In this document: one piece after another, positions 19,510-30,976 of the stretch
Position numbering within the stretch: position 1 is the stretch's first letter
Layout: each line of letters begins with the position of its first letter
From: Vulcanimicrobiota bacterium
Lineage (GTDB): Bacteria; Vulcanimicrobiota; Vulcanimicrobiia; Vulcanimicrobiales; Vulcanimicrobiaceae
DNA: 64,000 nucleotides
NCBI GenBank assembly: GCA_963777315.1
Contig: CAVZQC010000004.1
Coordinates: forward strand, 736,001-800,000
Direction of reading: 5' to 3'
Made by a program: the position numbers and the translations under genes
Notes under the pieces: model-generated
The model's database searches: none
What the model was told of the DNA's origin: nothing
The model's input: the letters and a program-made list of their open reading frames with translations, nothing else

Positions 19510-19989
19510 CTACTGCGTTTGGAATTGGGCGCCGTCCGAGGCGCTGCCGGGCGTGTCGACGTCCACGCGAGCGGTCATCTTGTCGAATTTCACCCGGACG
19601 CCGAAGAGTTGCTGCACCGCGCGCAAGCTGACCATGACGCGCCCGCGCACGCGAAAAGGCGGATGGTGCAGCGTCATCGGCATGCCGTTGAGTTTGGCAT
19701 GCGTCGAACCGGCTTTGAGGTGCAGCACTTGATCGCCGCGAGTGACGACCACGTCGCCCGACGCGCGCTCGTACCGCGTATCGGCGCCCAGCGCATCGCC
19801 GACCGAGCGCAGCGGCACGAACACGCCGTCGCGCATGGATGAAACGGGCGGAACGTCGCTGATCAGCGGCTGACCGTCGACCCGGACGTCGACCGGTTTT
19901 GAAAACACCAACGTCAGCGAAGCGCCCAGCGCCAGGCACGCCGTGACCGCGAGCACCGTCTTAGACGGCGGCCGATATCTCATGCGCAT
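19510..19989 (-). CDS. Copper amine oxidase N-terminal (stalk) domain protein
   Basis: N-terminal hydrophobic segment; VFVPLRSVGDALGA, GRVMVSLRAV, FGVRVKFD. Confidence 0.8.
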   Translation of the reverse strand: MRMRYRPPSKTVLAVTACLALGASLTLVFSKPVDVRVDGQPLISDVPPVSSMRDGVFVPLRSVGDALGADTRYERASGDVVVTRGDQVLHLKAGSTHAKLNGMPMTLHHPPFRVRGRVMVSLRAVQQLFGVRVKFDKMTARVDVDTPGSASDGAQFQTQ

Positions 19990-21106
19990 AGTCCGGGTAT
20001 TTTTCCGCAATCACTTTTTCTATCTCCAGGCGCAGCGCTCCGAGCAGCTGATCCTCCGGAAAGGTTCCGACGAGCTCGCCGGCCCGGTAGATAGCGCCCT
20101 TGCCTTTGCCGCCGGCCACGCCGACGTCGGCCATTTTCGATTCGCCCGGACCGTTGACCACGCAGCCCATGACCGCAACTTTTACCGGCGCGGTATACTC
20201 TTTGGCGATCGCTTCGACGCTGCGCCCCAGTTCGAGCACGCTGATCTCCGCGCGCCCGCACGACGGGCAGGCCGTGATTTCAAAGCCTTTTTCCCGCAAG
20301 CCGAGCGCCTTGAGCATGCTCCAGCACACCGGCACCTCTTCGATCGGGTCGGCGGCGAGCGAAACGCGAATCGTATCGCCGATTCCTTCGAAGAGCAAAA
20401 TGCCAAGGCCGATGGACGATTTCACCGTGCCGTCGCGCAGCATGCCGGCTTCGGTGATGCCTAAGTGCAGCGGATACGGCGTACTGCGTTCGCGCAGCCG
20501 CTTGTCCATCAGGCGATATGCGTGCACCGTCGTGGTGACGTCGTGGGCTTTGAGCGAAATGACGATGTCGGTGTGAGCCAGGCTTTCGAGTATCTCGACG
20601 TGGCGCATCGCCGATTCGACCATCGCCTGCGCAGTATGGCCCAAGGTTTTCTCGAGATCCGGCGCGAGCGATCCCATGTTGACGCCGATGCGGATGGGGA
20701 TGCCTTTGGCTTTGGCGGCTTCAACGACTTCGGCCGTCTTTTTCGGATCGCGGATGTTGCCCGGATTCAAGCGCAATTTCGCCACGCCGGCATCGATCGC
20801 GGCCAGCGCCATGCGGTGATCGAAGTGAATGTCCGCCACGATGGGAACCGGAGAGCGGTGCACGATGGCCGGCATGGCGGCGGCGTCGGGCGGATCCTTC
20901 ACCGTCACGCGCACGACCTCGGCGCCTTCCATGGCTAAACCGTAGACTTGCTCGAGCGTAGCGTCGGCGTCGGCAGTATCCGTCGTGGTCATCGTCTGCA
21001 CGACGATTGGATGGTCGCCGCCGATCCACACGCCCTTCGCGTCGGCTTTTCCGGTCTTGTTCTGCAGAAACACCGGCTTACTTTGCCTGCGCAGCCGAAT
21101 CGACAC
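19961..21106 (-). CDS. ispG: 4-hydroxy-3-methylbut-2-en-1-yl diphosphate synthase
   Basis: VQTMTTT, ADIHFD, RLNPGNI, HLGITEAG, GDTIRVSL, CPSCGR, GCVVNGPGE. Confidence 0.97.
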   Translation of the reverse strand: MSIRLRRQSKPVFLQNKTGKADAKGVWIGGDHPIVVQTMTTTDTADADATLEQVYGLAMEGAEVVRVTVKDPPDAAAMPAIVHRSPVPIVADIHFDHRMALAAIDAGVAKLRLNPGNIRDPKKTAEVVEAAKAKGIPIRIGVNMGSLAPDLEKTLGHTAQAMVESAMRHVEILESLAHTDIVISLKAHDVTTTVHAYRLMDKRLRERSTPYPLHLGITEAGMLRDGTVKSSIGLGILLFEGIGDTIRVSLAADPIEEVPVCWSMLKALGLREKGFEITACPSCGRAEISVLELGRSVEAIAKEYTAPVKVAVMGCVVNGPGESKMADVGVAGGKGKGAIYRAGELVGTFPEDQLLGALRLEIEKVIAEKYPDYAHEISAAV

Positions 21107-21139
21107 TAGCGTCGGCTCCCTGAAGTTGGGGACGCCACT

Positions 21140-22288
21140 TTAGAACGGTCCTTTCCCTTGGACGATTTGGACGACGTTGTAAAAATTGATCACCAGCATG
21201 AGCGCAATGAGAACCGCAAAACCCGTAATGTGCACCCAGGCTTCTTTCTCGGGATCCACGGGTTTCCCGCGTACGAGCTCGCCGATGATGAACGCGGCTC
21301 GGCCGCCGTCGAGTGCGGGCAGCGGCAGCAAGTTGAAGACGCCCAGCGCAAACGAAATCAGCGAAGCGAAGAACAGGTACGGGCCCCAGCCGAAATCTTG
21401 AATCGTCATCGCGGCCTGTCCCATGCCCACCACCCCGGAAACCTGGCTGCCGTATTTGGCGGGATGGCTGGCGAGCAGCGCCAGACTGCCGAACGTCTGC
21501 GCTCCCACGAACTCGAATTGCGCGACGGATTCACGCACCGCGCGAACGAGTCCCACGTGCTCGTATGCAGCGACGGGCTGAAAGCCGATGCAGCCCATTT
21601 CGTGCTGCGGCGCAGGACAATTCACCGGCGTCACGGTGACCGTGCCGCGCTGGCCGTCGCGCGCGTACGTCAACCGCAACGGCCGGTGCAGCGCATCGTG
21701 AATGAGCGTGACGAGCTGGTTGCCGCTGCGGATCGCAACGCCATCGACGCTGACGATCTTGTCACCCGCATGCAGACCCACGCGCTGCGCGGGCATGCCC
21801 GGCGAGAGCAGGCCCACTCGCGGCTGCACGTTGCTGCTCTGCACGCCGAATGCGAGCGCTCCGGCAAAAAGAATGGCGAAGGTGAGAATGAAGTTGGCGA
21901 TCGGCCCGGCCAAAACGATGGCCAGGCGCCGCCAGGGATTTTTTGCCTGGAAATTGTCGTCGTCGTACTCACGCCCGTTGACGGTGACCGTTTGACGAAA
22001 TTCTCGCTGCTGCTCGGCCTGCGAGGCTTTGTTGTCCTCGCCGTGCATGGCGCAGTAGCCCCCGATGGGCAGCGCGCGAAGCGAATACATCGTTCCGCTG
22101 CGTTTGCTGCGCCGGCCGTAGAGCAGCGGTCCCATCCCGACCGAGAATTCGAGCACGCGCACGTTGTTCAGGCGCGCGATCAGAAAGTGGCCGTACTCGT
22201 GCAGCACCACCAGGATGGAAAGCACGACCACGAACAGCACGATTTTGGCGATGCTCGCCAGTGTGATTGCCGCCAGAACGATAGCCAC
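21140..22288 (-). CDS. rseP: RIP metalloprotease RseP (M50 + PDZ)
   Basis: HEYGH, AGPIAN, PDZ domain, NLLPLPALDGG; conserved position. Confidence 0.94.
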   Translation of the reverse strand: MAIVLAAITLASIAKIVLFVVVLSILVVLHEYGHFLIARLNNVRVLEFSVGMGPLLYGRRSKRSGTMYSLRALPIGGYCAMHGEDNKASQAEQQREFRQTVTVNGREYDDDNFQAKNPWRRLAIVLAGPIANFILTFAILFAGALAFGVQSSNVQPRVGLLSPGMPAQRVGLHAGDKIVSVDGVAIRSGNQLVTLIHDALHRPLRLTYARDGQRGTVTVTPVNCPAPQHEMGCIGFQPVAAYEHVGLVRAVRESVAQFEFVGAQTFGSLALLASHPAKYGSQVSGVVGMGQAAMTIQDFGWGPYLFFASLISFALGVFNLLPLPALDGGRAAFIIGELVRGKPVDPEKEAWVHITGFAVLIALMLVINFYNVVQIVQGKGPF

Positions 22289-23437
22289 TTATACCTCGAC
22301 ACGCGGGGCGAGCGCCGCAACGGCCGCTCGCGCGTTTTCGCGCGCAGATGCATCCGCGCGCCGTACGCCCTCTAAACTCAATGTTTCGGCATTCTCGCAA
22401 GCCATTACGCGTTCGACGACCTGCGCGATCTGTCCAAAACGGATCTTCCCTTCTACAAACGCCGCCACGGCGATTTCGTTTGCCGCCGAAAGAACCGCCG
22501 GCGCCGTCCCGCCCGCGGCGAGAGCCCGATAGGCCAGGCGCACGCAGGGAAACCGGTCGTCGTCGGGGGGTTCGAAATCATAACGCACGGCGCCGGCGCC
22601 GGGATGCGCGCCGACGGCGGATAACGGCCCTGCATCCGTCGCGGGCCCATCGCACAAGCGCTCGGGGTAGGCCAAGGCGTAGCCTATCGGCAGCCGCATG
22701 TCGGGAGCGGCCGCCTGCATCTTGACGCTGCCGTCGCTGAAAACCACCATGCCGTGGGCGATCGACTGCGGGTGGACCAAAATTTGGATCCGCTCGCCGG
22801 GCAGGCCGAAGAGCCGGCCGGCTTCGATAGCCTCCAAGCCCTTGTTCATCATCGTTGCCGAGTCCACGGTATTCTTTATGCCCATGCGCCAGGTCGGGTG
22901 CGCCAGGGCCGCCTCCAAAGTGGCGTCCTGCATTTCGGCCGCGGTTTTGCGCCAGAACGGACCGCCGGATGCGGTGAGTATGACGGAATGCACGCCGCGG
23001 CGATCCTCTCCGACCAGGCATTGAAAGACGGCCGAATGTTCGGAATCGACGGGGAGAATGTGCGACCCGCTTCGCGCTGCGGCGCGCACGAGCAGCTCCC
23101 CTGCGGCCACGATGAGCTCTTTATTGGCCACGGCGATATGGATGCCGCGTTCGACCGCGGCAAAGACCGCATCGAACGAAACGAAGCCGTCCGTGGCGGC
23201 AAGGACGAGGTCGGGATCGCACTCGACCGCGACGCGATGCAGACCTGCTGCGCCGTCGCGTGCATCCGCAATGCAGCCGACGCCGAACTCGGCTGCCTGA
23301 GCTCGCAGTTTGTCGATCTGTTTTCCGGCCGCAAGCGCGACGACCTCGAAGCGATCGGAATGGCGGCCAATCACGTCCAGGGCCTGCGTTCCGATGGATC
23401 CGGTGCTGCCTAAAACGGCAATCCGTTTTTTACGCAA
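22289..23437 (-). CDS. dxr: 1-deoxy-D-xylulose 5-phosphate reductoisomerase
   Basis: LGSTGSIG, ANKE, PVDSEH, LTASGGPF, DSATMMNKGLE. Confidence 0.97.
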   Translation of the reverse strand: MRKKRIAVLGSTGSIGTQALDVIGRHSDRFEVVALAAGKQIDKLRAQAAEFGVGCIADARDGAAGLHRVAVECDPDLVLAATDGFVSFDAVFAAVERGIHIAVANKELIVAAGELLVRAAARSGSHILPVDSEHSAVFQCLVGEDRRGVHSVILTASGGPFWRKTAAEMQDATLEAALAHPTWRMGIKNTVDSATMMNKGLEAIEAGRLFGLPGERIQILVHPQSIAHGMVVFSDGSVKMQAAAPDMRLPIGYALAYPERLCDGPATDAGPLSAVGAHPGAGAVRYDFEPPDDDRFPCVRLAYRALAAGGTAPAVLSAANEIAVAAFVEGKIRFGQIAQVVERVMACENAETLSLEGVRRADASARENARAAVAALAPRVEV

Positions 23438-24278
23438 AGGCGAGCAGCCCCAGCACGTGCAGCGCTCCGAAGAACGCCATGCCGCCGAAAAGATAGGAAT
23501 CGAAGCGGTCCAGCGCGCCTCCGTGTCCTTGAATCACCGTGCCGGTGTCCTTTACGCCGGCATCGCGTTTGAGCGCAGATTCGACGAGATCCCCGGCCTG
23601 CGCCGCAATGCACGTTGCCGCGCCCAAACCCGCGCCTTGCCACCATGCCATCTGCAGACCGGGCACGTACGCCAGCGCTGCGCCGACGGCGCCCACGACG
23701 ATCAGCGCGCCCAGAGAGCCCTCAACGGTCTTTTTGGGCGAAATTTTCGTCAGCTGATGCTTGCCGATCAGTGAACCCACCAGCATGGCGCTGATGTCGG
23801 TCAGCGCGATCAAGACGACGACGAGGATCGTCCAGTACGTTCCGCGCTGCGGAACCTCGCGGATGAACACGAAATAGGTGAGCAGCTTTCCAATATAGAG
23901 CACCGCGAGCAGAGTGTACGCCGTGCGGGCGAAATACCGTCGCCGGTCGCCGTACATGCCCAGCCAGAACGTCGCCAGCACGATGAACGCCAGCAGCACG
24001 CCTTCCCACTTGGACATCAGGTGAAAAATCGCCAGGAAAACGTAGGCGAGCATGCCGATGACCGCAACTTGAAACTCCATCGGCTGGCCTTTGATGTCGC
24101 AAAGGCGGGAAAGCTCGTACAGCATCAGCGTGCCGAGCACGATCAGCAGCGCGTAGAATGCGGGCGACCAAAAGATGCTCGCGATGCCGACCACGGCCAG
24201 GGCCATGCCTACCAGCACGCGCCGCGTCGACAAGAGCCGTCCGGCAGCCGCGGGGGCGGCCGGTGCGGACGCGGTCAC
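23430..24278 (-). CDS. cdsA: Phosphatidate cytidylyltransferase
   Basis: ISPKKTVEG, GDLVESALKRDAGVKD, GHGGALDRFDS. Confidence 0.95.
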   Translation of the reverse strand: MTASAPAAPAAAGRLLSTRRVLVGMALAVVGIASIFWSPAFYALLIVLGTLMLYELSRLCDIKGQPMEFQVAVIGMLAYVFLAIFHLMSKWEGVLLAFIVLATFWLGMYGDRRRYFARTAYTLLAVLYIGKLLTYFVFIREVPQRGTYWTILVVVLIALTDISAMLVGSLIGKHQLTKISPKKTVEGSLGALIVVGAVGAALAYVPGLQMAWWQGAGLGAATCIAAQAGDLVESALKRDAGVKDTGTVIQGHGGALDRFDSYLFGGMAFFGALHVLGLLAFA

Positions 24279-25021
24279 GCTCCCCCGAAGCGTCGCTGCC
24301 GTTTTTGAAATTCTATCAGCGCTCGTACGAACTCTTCCTTGCCGAACCGCGGCCAGTAGACGTCGGTCATCACGAGTTCCGTGTAGGCCAATTGGTACAG
24401 CAGGAAGTTAGACAAGCGATGCTCGCCGCCTGGTCTGATCAGCATATCGGGGTCCGGCAGTTGTCCGGTGTAGAGGTACGAGCCGATGACGCGCTCGTCG
24501 ATCGCTTCAGGCGACAGGCGGCCGCGCGCCACATCGTCCGCAATGGTTTTGACCGCCCGCTGCAGTTCCGCGCGAGCGCTGTAGTTGACCGCCAAGTTCA
24601 ACAAAAGACCGTCGTTGCGAGCGGTTCGGTCCATCAGATCTTCGAGCGCTTGGCGCGAAGCGGGCGGCAGCGCGCGATACGCGCCAAGTACGTTCACGCG
24701 CACGTTGTTGCGGCTCAGTTCGGCCAGCTCGTTTTGCGCGAAATACACGCACAAGTCGAGCAGCAGAGAGATCTCGGTGGTGTCGCGCCGCCAGTTTTCA
24801 GTGGAGAATCCGTACACCGTCAGGATCGAAACGCCCAAATCGCGGGCAGCGCGCGTCACCTCGCGCAGCGCGACCATGCCCCGCCGATGGCCTTCGATCG
24901 CCGGCAAGCCGTTGAGCTTGGCCCAGCGCCGGTTGCCGTCCATGATGATCGCCACGTGATGCGGCACGCGTGCGGCATCCAACTGATCGGCTAATTCGGG
25001 AAGAACGCCTGCAATCGTCAT
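24275..25021 (-). CDS. uppS: Undecaprenyl diphosphate synthase
   Basis: HVAIIMDGNRRWA, FSTENWRR, DPDMLIRPGGEHRLSNFLLYQ. Confidence 0.96.
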   Translation of the reverse strand: MTIAGVLPELADQLDAARVPHHVAIIMDGNRRWAKLNGLPAIEGHRRGMVALREVTRAARDLGVSILTVYGFSTENWRRDTTEISLLLDLCVYFAQNELAELSRNNVRVNVLGAYRALPPASRQALEDLMDRTARNDGLLLNLAVNYSARAELQRAVKTIADDVARGRLSPEAIDERVIGSYLYTGQLPDPDMLIRPGGEHRLSNFLLYQLAYTELVMTDVYWPRFGKEEFVRALIEFQKRQRRFGGA

Positions 25022-25025
25022 GGCG

Positions 25026-25259
25026 TCAGGCCGGCGGATCTTCCAGAGCACGGTACGATTCGTATCCGCACACGAGCTCGACGCGCGCCGCCGATTCATC
25101 GCCGGCCGGCAGGCTTACCGGACGTGCACGCAGCACGCGCAGCGCGCCGCAGCCCGCATACGCGCCCACGGGCGCGAGCAGCGAAAACACCAGCGCTTGT
25201 CCGGCCAGTGCGCGGCGCGCGTCGACTTCAGGCATCAGTATCAGGTCTTCGAGCGGCAC
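25026..25259 (-). CDS. Small hypothetical protein between frr and uppS
   Basis: 77-aa ORF filling the intergenic gap in operon orientation. Confidence 0.55.
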   Translation of the reverse strand: MPLEDLILMPEVDARRALAGQALVFSLLAPVGAYAGCGALRVLRARPVSLPAGDESAARVELVCGYESYRALEDPPA

Positions 25260-25268
25260 GGCGGCGCG

Positions 25269-25826
25269 TCAGACCTCCAGAATCTCTTTTTCTTTAGCGG
25301 CAATGAGCTGATCGATGTCCTTGACGTACTTGTCGGTGAGCTTCTGGAGCTGATCCTGCATGCGTTTGCCGTCGTCCTCGGTGATCTCGTGGTCCTTGAG
25401 CTGCGCCTTGAGGTCGTCGTGGGTTTTGTGCCGGACGTTTCGCACCGCGATCTTGCCTTCTTCGCCCTTCTTTTTGACGACTTTGACCAGGTCTTTGCGC
25501 CGCTCTTCGTTCAGCGGGGGAACGATCAAACGGATCTGGTTGCCGTCGACGTTGGGCGTTAAACCCAAATCGCTCTTTTCTATTGCCTTGCGGATGTCGC
25601 CGACGGTATTGCGATCGAACGCCTGAATCATCAGCGAACGCGCGTCCGGGACGCTAACCGTCGCGACCTGCTTTAGGGGGACTGCCGAGCCGTACGCTTC
25701 GACGTGAAGCCGGTCGAGCAGCGCGGGCGTAGCACGGCCGGTGCGGATCGACGCGAATTCGCCGCGCGTGGACTCCAGGCACTTTTGCATTTTCGTTTCG
25801 GCATCTTTCAGGGAGTTGTCGGCCAT
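25269..25826 (-). CDS. frr: Ribosome recycling factor
   Basis: SIRTGRATP, SDLGLTP, PPLNEERRKDLVK, KEKEILEV. Confidence 0.97.
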   Translation of the reverse strand: MADNSLKDAETKMQKCLESTRGEFASIRTGRATPALLDRLHVEAYGSAVPLKQVATVSVPDARSLMIQAFDRNTVGDIRKAIEKSDLGLTPNVDGNQIRLIVPPLNEERRKDLVKVVKKKGEEGKIAVRNVRHKTHDDLKAQLKDHEITEDDGKRMQDQLQKLTDKYVKDIDQLIAAKEKEILEV

Positions 25827-25853
25827 TCGCACTCTCCAACGATTGTCGTTCAA

Positions 25854-27243
<1,390 letters not shown>

Positions 27244-27274
27244 GTTATACTCCAGTTGCGGTGAGGGTGAGCGG

Positions 27275-28069
27275 CTATACTCCGGCTTCGGCCTCGGCCA
27301 TGGTCGTGACGGGCTCTTCCTCCGGTTCGGCATACGCCTCGTAGCCTTCCGGCTCGGCGTAGGACGCCGCCTCGCTTGCGCTTTGGGTCTCGGTTCGCCC
27401 CTCGACGATGGCGTCGGCAATTTTTGAGACGATCAGTTTTACCGCCCGAATGGCGTCGTCGTTGCCCGGAATCGGGTAGTCGATCTCGTCGGGGTCGCAG
27501 TTCGTGTCGATGACCGCGATAATCGGGATCTTCAGCTTGCGCGCCTCCATGACGGCGATCCGCTCTTTTTTCGGATCGACGATGAAGACGGCATCGGGCA
27601 GCCGATGCATGTCCTTGATGCCGCCCAAGAAGCGCTCGAGCTTGGCCATCTCGTCGGCAAGCTTGGCGACTTCCTTTTTAGGAAGACGATCGAAGTCGCC
27701 TTGCTGCTTCATGTTCTCGAGCTCGCGCAAGCGGGCGATGCGCTTTTGTATCGTCGCAAAATTGGTCAGCGTCCCGCCCAGCCAGCGCTGGTTCACGAAA
27801 TAGGTGCCGGCTCGCTCGGCTTCTTCCTTGACCACGTCCTGAGCTTGTTTTTTGGTGCCCACGAAGAGCACGACCTTGCCTTCGCGCGAGAGTTGCTTGA
27901 CCGCTTCATAGGTCTCGCGCAGCTTCTGCACCGTCAGGGCGAGGTCGATGATGTAGATACCGTTGCGCTCTTGGAAAATGTACGGTTTCATTTTCGGATT
28001 CCAGCGGCGCGTCTGGTGACCGAAATGGACGCCCGCTTCGAGCAGGGCGCGCATAGAAATAATCGACAA
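27275..28069 (-). CDS. rpsB: 30S ribosomal protein S2
   Basis: TTG start preceded by [33 protein letters not shown]. Confidence 0.98.
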   Translation of the reverse strand: MSIISMRALLEAGVHFGHQTRRWNPKMKPYIFQERNGIYIIDLALTVQKLRETYEAVKQLSREGKVVLFVGTKKQAQDVVKEEAERAGTYFVNQRWLGGTLTNFATIQKRIARLRELENMKQQGDFDRLPKKEVAKLADEMAKLERFLGGIKDMHRLPDAVFIVDPKKERIAVMEARKLKIPIIAVIDTNCDPDEIDYPIPGNDDAIRAVKLIVSKIADAIVEGRTETQSASEAASYAEPEGYEAYAEPEEEPVTTMAEAEAGV

Positions 28070-28204
28070 TTCGTGTCCTTTCTGGTCCTCGGCCGGGTGC
28101 CGTCCTGGCGCCGGCCATGGTGAGGCCATAGCATCCCGCCTCCGTGAAGGATGAAGTGGCGCCGCCCGGCAGGGTCGCCCCGGGGCAGCCGCCAGAGTAT
28201 AACA
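28070..28204 (-). promoter_or_regulatory. rpsB extended -10 promoter (TGnTATACT) and approximately 120-nt GC-rich leader, likely autoregulatory
   Basis: TGTTATACT on the minus strand at 28204-28196; long leader before rpsB; S2 autoregulation through the leader is known in other bacteria. Confidence 0.55.
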
Positions 28205-28253
28205 TGGCTCCGCGGCGGTGTCACGGCGAAAGACGCTTGCTCGGGAGGCTGGC

Positions 28254-28281
28254 TAGGTCGCATTGCGGTTCCGGCCGATAT
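28254..28281 (+). promoter_or_regulatory. Candidate sigma28-type promoter of rfbB operon (TAGG-N16-GCCGATAT)
   Basis: Perfect -10 GCCGATAT at 28274-28281, 8 nt before ATG 28290; no SD. Confidence 0.55.
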
Positions 28282-28289
28282 CCTAAGCG

Positions 28290-29309
28290 ATGCGGCTTTT
28301 GGTCACCGGCGGCTTAGGCTTTATCGGTTCGAATTTCATTCATCTGGTTCTGCGCGAGCGGCCGCACGCCAGGGTGCTGAATTTCGACGCCATGACCTAC
28401 GCCGGCAACCCGGCCAATTGCGCGGACGTTGAAAGCGACCCGCGCTATAAGTTCGTCCGCGGCGATATCTGCGATCCGGCGGCCGTGAACTGCGCGCTGG
28501 CGGACGGCATCGACGCCGTGATCAATTTTGCGGCCGAAACGCACGTGGACCGCTCGATCCTCGAGCCCGAGGCGTTCTTGCGCACGGACGTCTTGGGAAC
28601 GCAGACACTGCTCGAGGCGGTGCGGCGTAACCATATTGCGCGTTTCGTACAAGTTTCGACCGACGAGGTCTACGGCGACGTCGCGCAGGGTGAATCGGTG
28701 GAAACCGATCCGCTTGCGCCGCAAAGCCCGTACAGCGCCGGAAAGGCCGCGGGCGATCTCCATGTGCTGGCATACTGGAACACGTACCGAACGCCCGCGC
28801 TGATCACGCGCGGCTCGAATACGTACGGGCCCTACCAGTATCCCGAGAAGCTGATCCCCCTGTTCGTCTCCAATCTCATCGACGACACGCCCGTGCCGGT
28901 GTACGGCGACGGCTTGCAAATTCGGGATTGGATGCACGTCGACGATCACGCTCGCGGCATCCTGCACGTGCTCGAACACGGCGATCCGGGCAACGTCTAC
29001 AACGTCGGCGGCGGCAATCCGCGCACGAATCTGGAGATTACGCACCGTCTGCTCGAAAGTTGCAGGCGCGCGCCGCATTCGCACGTGCGGCACGTCGCCG
29101 ACCGCGCCGGGCACGACCGGCGCTACGCTATCAACTGCTCCAAGCTTCGTGCGCTCGGATGGCATCCGCGCGTACGATTCGAGCGGGGACTGCACGAAAC
29201 GGTTGAGTGGTACCGGCGCAACGAAGCGTGGTGGCGGCCCCTCAAGAACGGCGACTTTGCCGATTACTACCATAAACAATATGCGCATCGGGGAGTTGCT
29301 ACGGCGTGA
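28290..29309 (+). CDS. rfbB: dTDP-glucose 4,6-dehydratase
   Basis: VTGGLGFIGSNF, FAAETHVDRSI, STDEVYG, YSAGK, EKLIP, DRAGHDRRY. Confidence 0.96.
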   Translation: MRLLVTGGLGFIGSNFIHLVLRERPHARVLNFDAMTYAGNPANCADVESDPRYKFVRGDICDPAAVNCALADGIDAVINFAAETHVDRSILEPEAFLRTDVLGTQTLLEAVRRNHIARFVQVSTDEVYGDVAQGESVETDPLAPQSPYSAGKAAGDLHVLAYWNTYRTPALITRGSNTYGPYQYPEKLIPLFVSNLIDDTPVPVYGDGLQIRDWMHVDDHARGILHVLEHGDPGNVYNVGGGNPRTNLEITHRLLESCRRAPHSHVRHVADRAGHDRRYAINCSKLRALGWHPRVRFERGLHETVEWYRRNEAWWRPLKNGDFADYYHKQYAHRGVATA

Positions 29310-30040
29310 AGGGCATCATTTTAGCCGGCGGTTTGGGATCGCGGCTTCGACCCCTGACCAAAGTCACCAACAAGCATCTGCTGCCGATTTACGACAAGCC
29401 GATGATCTACTACCCCATCCAAACCCTGGTCGGCGCCGGAATCAAAGACATCATGATCGTCACCGGCGGGAATTCCGCGGGAGACTTTCTGCGTTTGCTC
29501 GGCAACGGACGTGAATTCGGCCTTAAAGACATCGCCTACACCTACCAGGAGGGTGAGGGCGGAATCGCCGACGCGCTCAAACTCTGCGAGCACTTTGCCG
29601 AAGGGCAGCGCATCGTCGTCGTTTTAGGCGACAACATTCTTGCCGACGACATCTCGGACTACGTGCGCAAGTTCCAGGAGCAGGATTCCGGAGCGCGCAT
29701 TCTGCTCAAAGAGGTCGACGACCCCGAGCGCTTCGGCTGCCCCGAGCTCGAGGGCGAGCGCATCGTTCGCATCGAGGAGAAACCCATGCGCCCCAAGAGC
29801 CGCTACGCCGTGACCGGCGTGTACATGTACGATCGGCGCGTCTTCGATTTTTGCCGGCGGCTCGAGCGGTCTGCGCGCGGCGAGATGGAAATCACCGACG
29901 TGAACAATGCGTACATCCGGGAAGGCGACCTGTTCCACGACGTGCTCGACGGCTGGTGGACCGACGCCGGTACGTTCGAATCGCTGTTTCGAGCCGGTCA
30001 GCTGGTCGCGCGCGAACGCTCGAGCGTACCGGCTCTATAA
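29306..30040 (+). CDS. rfbA: Glucose-1-phosphate thymidylyltransferase (short RfbA/SpsI type)
   Basis: GIILAGGLGSRLRP, NKHLLPIYDKPMIYYP, LGDN, EEKP, WWTDAGT. Confidence 0.9.
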   Translation: MKGIILAGGLGSRLRPLTKVTNKHLLPIYDKPMIYYPIQTLVGAGIKDIMIVTGGNSAGDFLRLLGNGREFGLKDIAYTYQEGEGGIADALKLCEHFAEGQRIVVVLGDNILADDISDYVRKFQEQDSGARILLKEVDDPERFGCPELEGERIVRIEEKPMRPKSRYAVTGVYMYDRRVFDFCRRLERSARGEMEITDVNNAYIREGDLFHDVLDGWWTDAGTFESLFRAGQLVARERSSVPAL

Positions 30041-30937
30041 GCGCTGCGCCGCGATCGTAAACTCAAGACACGTCTTATAGACGTCGGGAAGCTGCCCGAG
30101 GGACTGCAGCCGGTTGAGCTCCCGGGCGAAGACCTCCACCTCGGCATCGCAGCCGAACATCACCGGATCCGTCGTGATGCTTGCGTCGCAGACTCGAGCT
30201 CGGCCGTCGCGATGCTCGCGGTAGATCAGCGTCTGAATGCGGCAGCCCAGCGCAGTCAGCAGCGCGACGACCTGCGGTGCCGTAACGTAGAAAAACGTGC
30301 CGATGCCCGCCGTCGGGCGTCCCATCGCGCGGCACCACTTTTCAGCCTGCACGCGCGGCATGAAGCGCGGCCACGCCATGCAGTAGTGGGTGTCGTACGA
30401 CATACGATAATCCGGCGCGCACAGCTGCAGCCAGCCGCCGCGTTTGGTTACGCGGACCGCCTCGTACAGGACCGACGGCAAATCGGAAACGTGTTCCAGG
30501 ACGTGGTAGCTGGTGACGAGGTCGAAGGATTGATCCGCGAACGCGAGGCGTCCGGCATCCCCGACGCAGACGTGCTCTTGCCAGCTGTCGGGGTAGCCTA
30601 GCCACGCGCACCAGCTGCGCGCCAGTTCGATCTTCTGAACGGACAAATCGACGCCGTAAGCCGAGTGACCGCGCTGCAGGGCTTTCCATACCAGCGTTCC
30701 CGGCCCGCAGCCCAGGTCCAATATCGCGCGCGGCGCGCCTAAGATTCCCGGAGTTGCCGTCAGCGCGGGCAGCTCGTTCAAACGGAAATCATGCGCATCC
30801 ACGCTTGTAAGGTATGCGAGCAAATTACCGTAGAGCGGACCGTCCAGGGGCAATCCGTACGTCTTGCAGTCTTCGTCGAGATAGGCCTTGGCGCTTGCGA
30901 TGTAGTCGCCGGCGGGTGCCTGCATTGGCGCGATCAT
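30035..30937 (-). CDS. Class I SAM-dependent methyltransferase
   Basis: ILDLGCGPG, YGVDLS, GDAGRLAFADQSFDLV, HVLEHV; start at 30937 or 30925. Confidence 0.85.
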   Translation of the reverse strand: MIAPMQAPAGDYIASAKAYLDEDCKTYGLPLDGPLYGNLLAYLTSVDAHDFRLNELPALTATPGILGAPRAILDLGCGPGTLVWKALQRGHSAYGVDLSVQKIELARSWCAWLGYPDSWQEHVCVGDAGRLAFADQSFDLVTSYHVLEHVSDLPSVLYEAVRVTKRGGWLQLCAPDYRMSYDTHYCMAWPRFMPRVQAEKWCRAMGRPTAGIGTFFYVTAPQVVALLTALGCRIQTLIYREHRDGRARVCDASITTDPVMFGCDAEVEVFARELNRLQSLGQLPDVYKTCLEFTIAAQRL

Positions 30938-30940
30938 GTC

Positions 30941-30967
30941 TAATGTATCGGCGGCGCATGCCGAACC
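30941..30967. promoter_or_regulatory. Overlapping divergent sigma28-like promoters (plus: TAAT-N15-GCCGAACC for wbqC; minus: GCCGATAC for the methyltransferase)
   Basis: Plus TAAT 30941-30944 and GCCGAACC 30960-30967; minus -10 at 30952-30945, 7 nt from ATG 30937, with weak -35. Confidence 0.45.
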
Positions 30968-30976
30968 CAGTACTGA

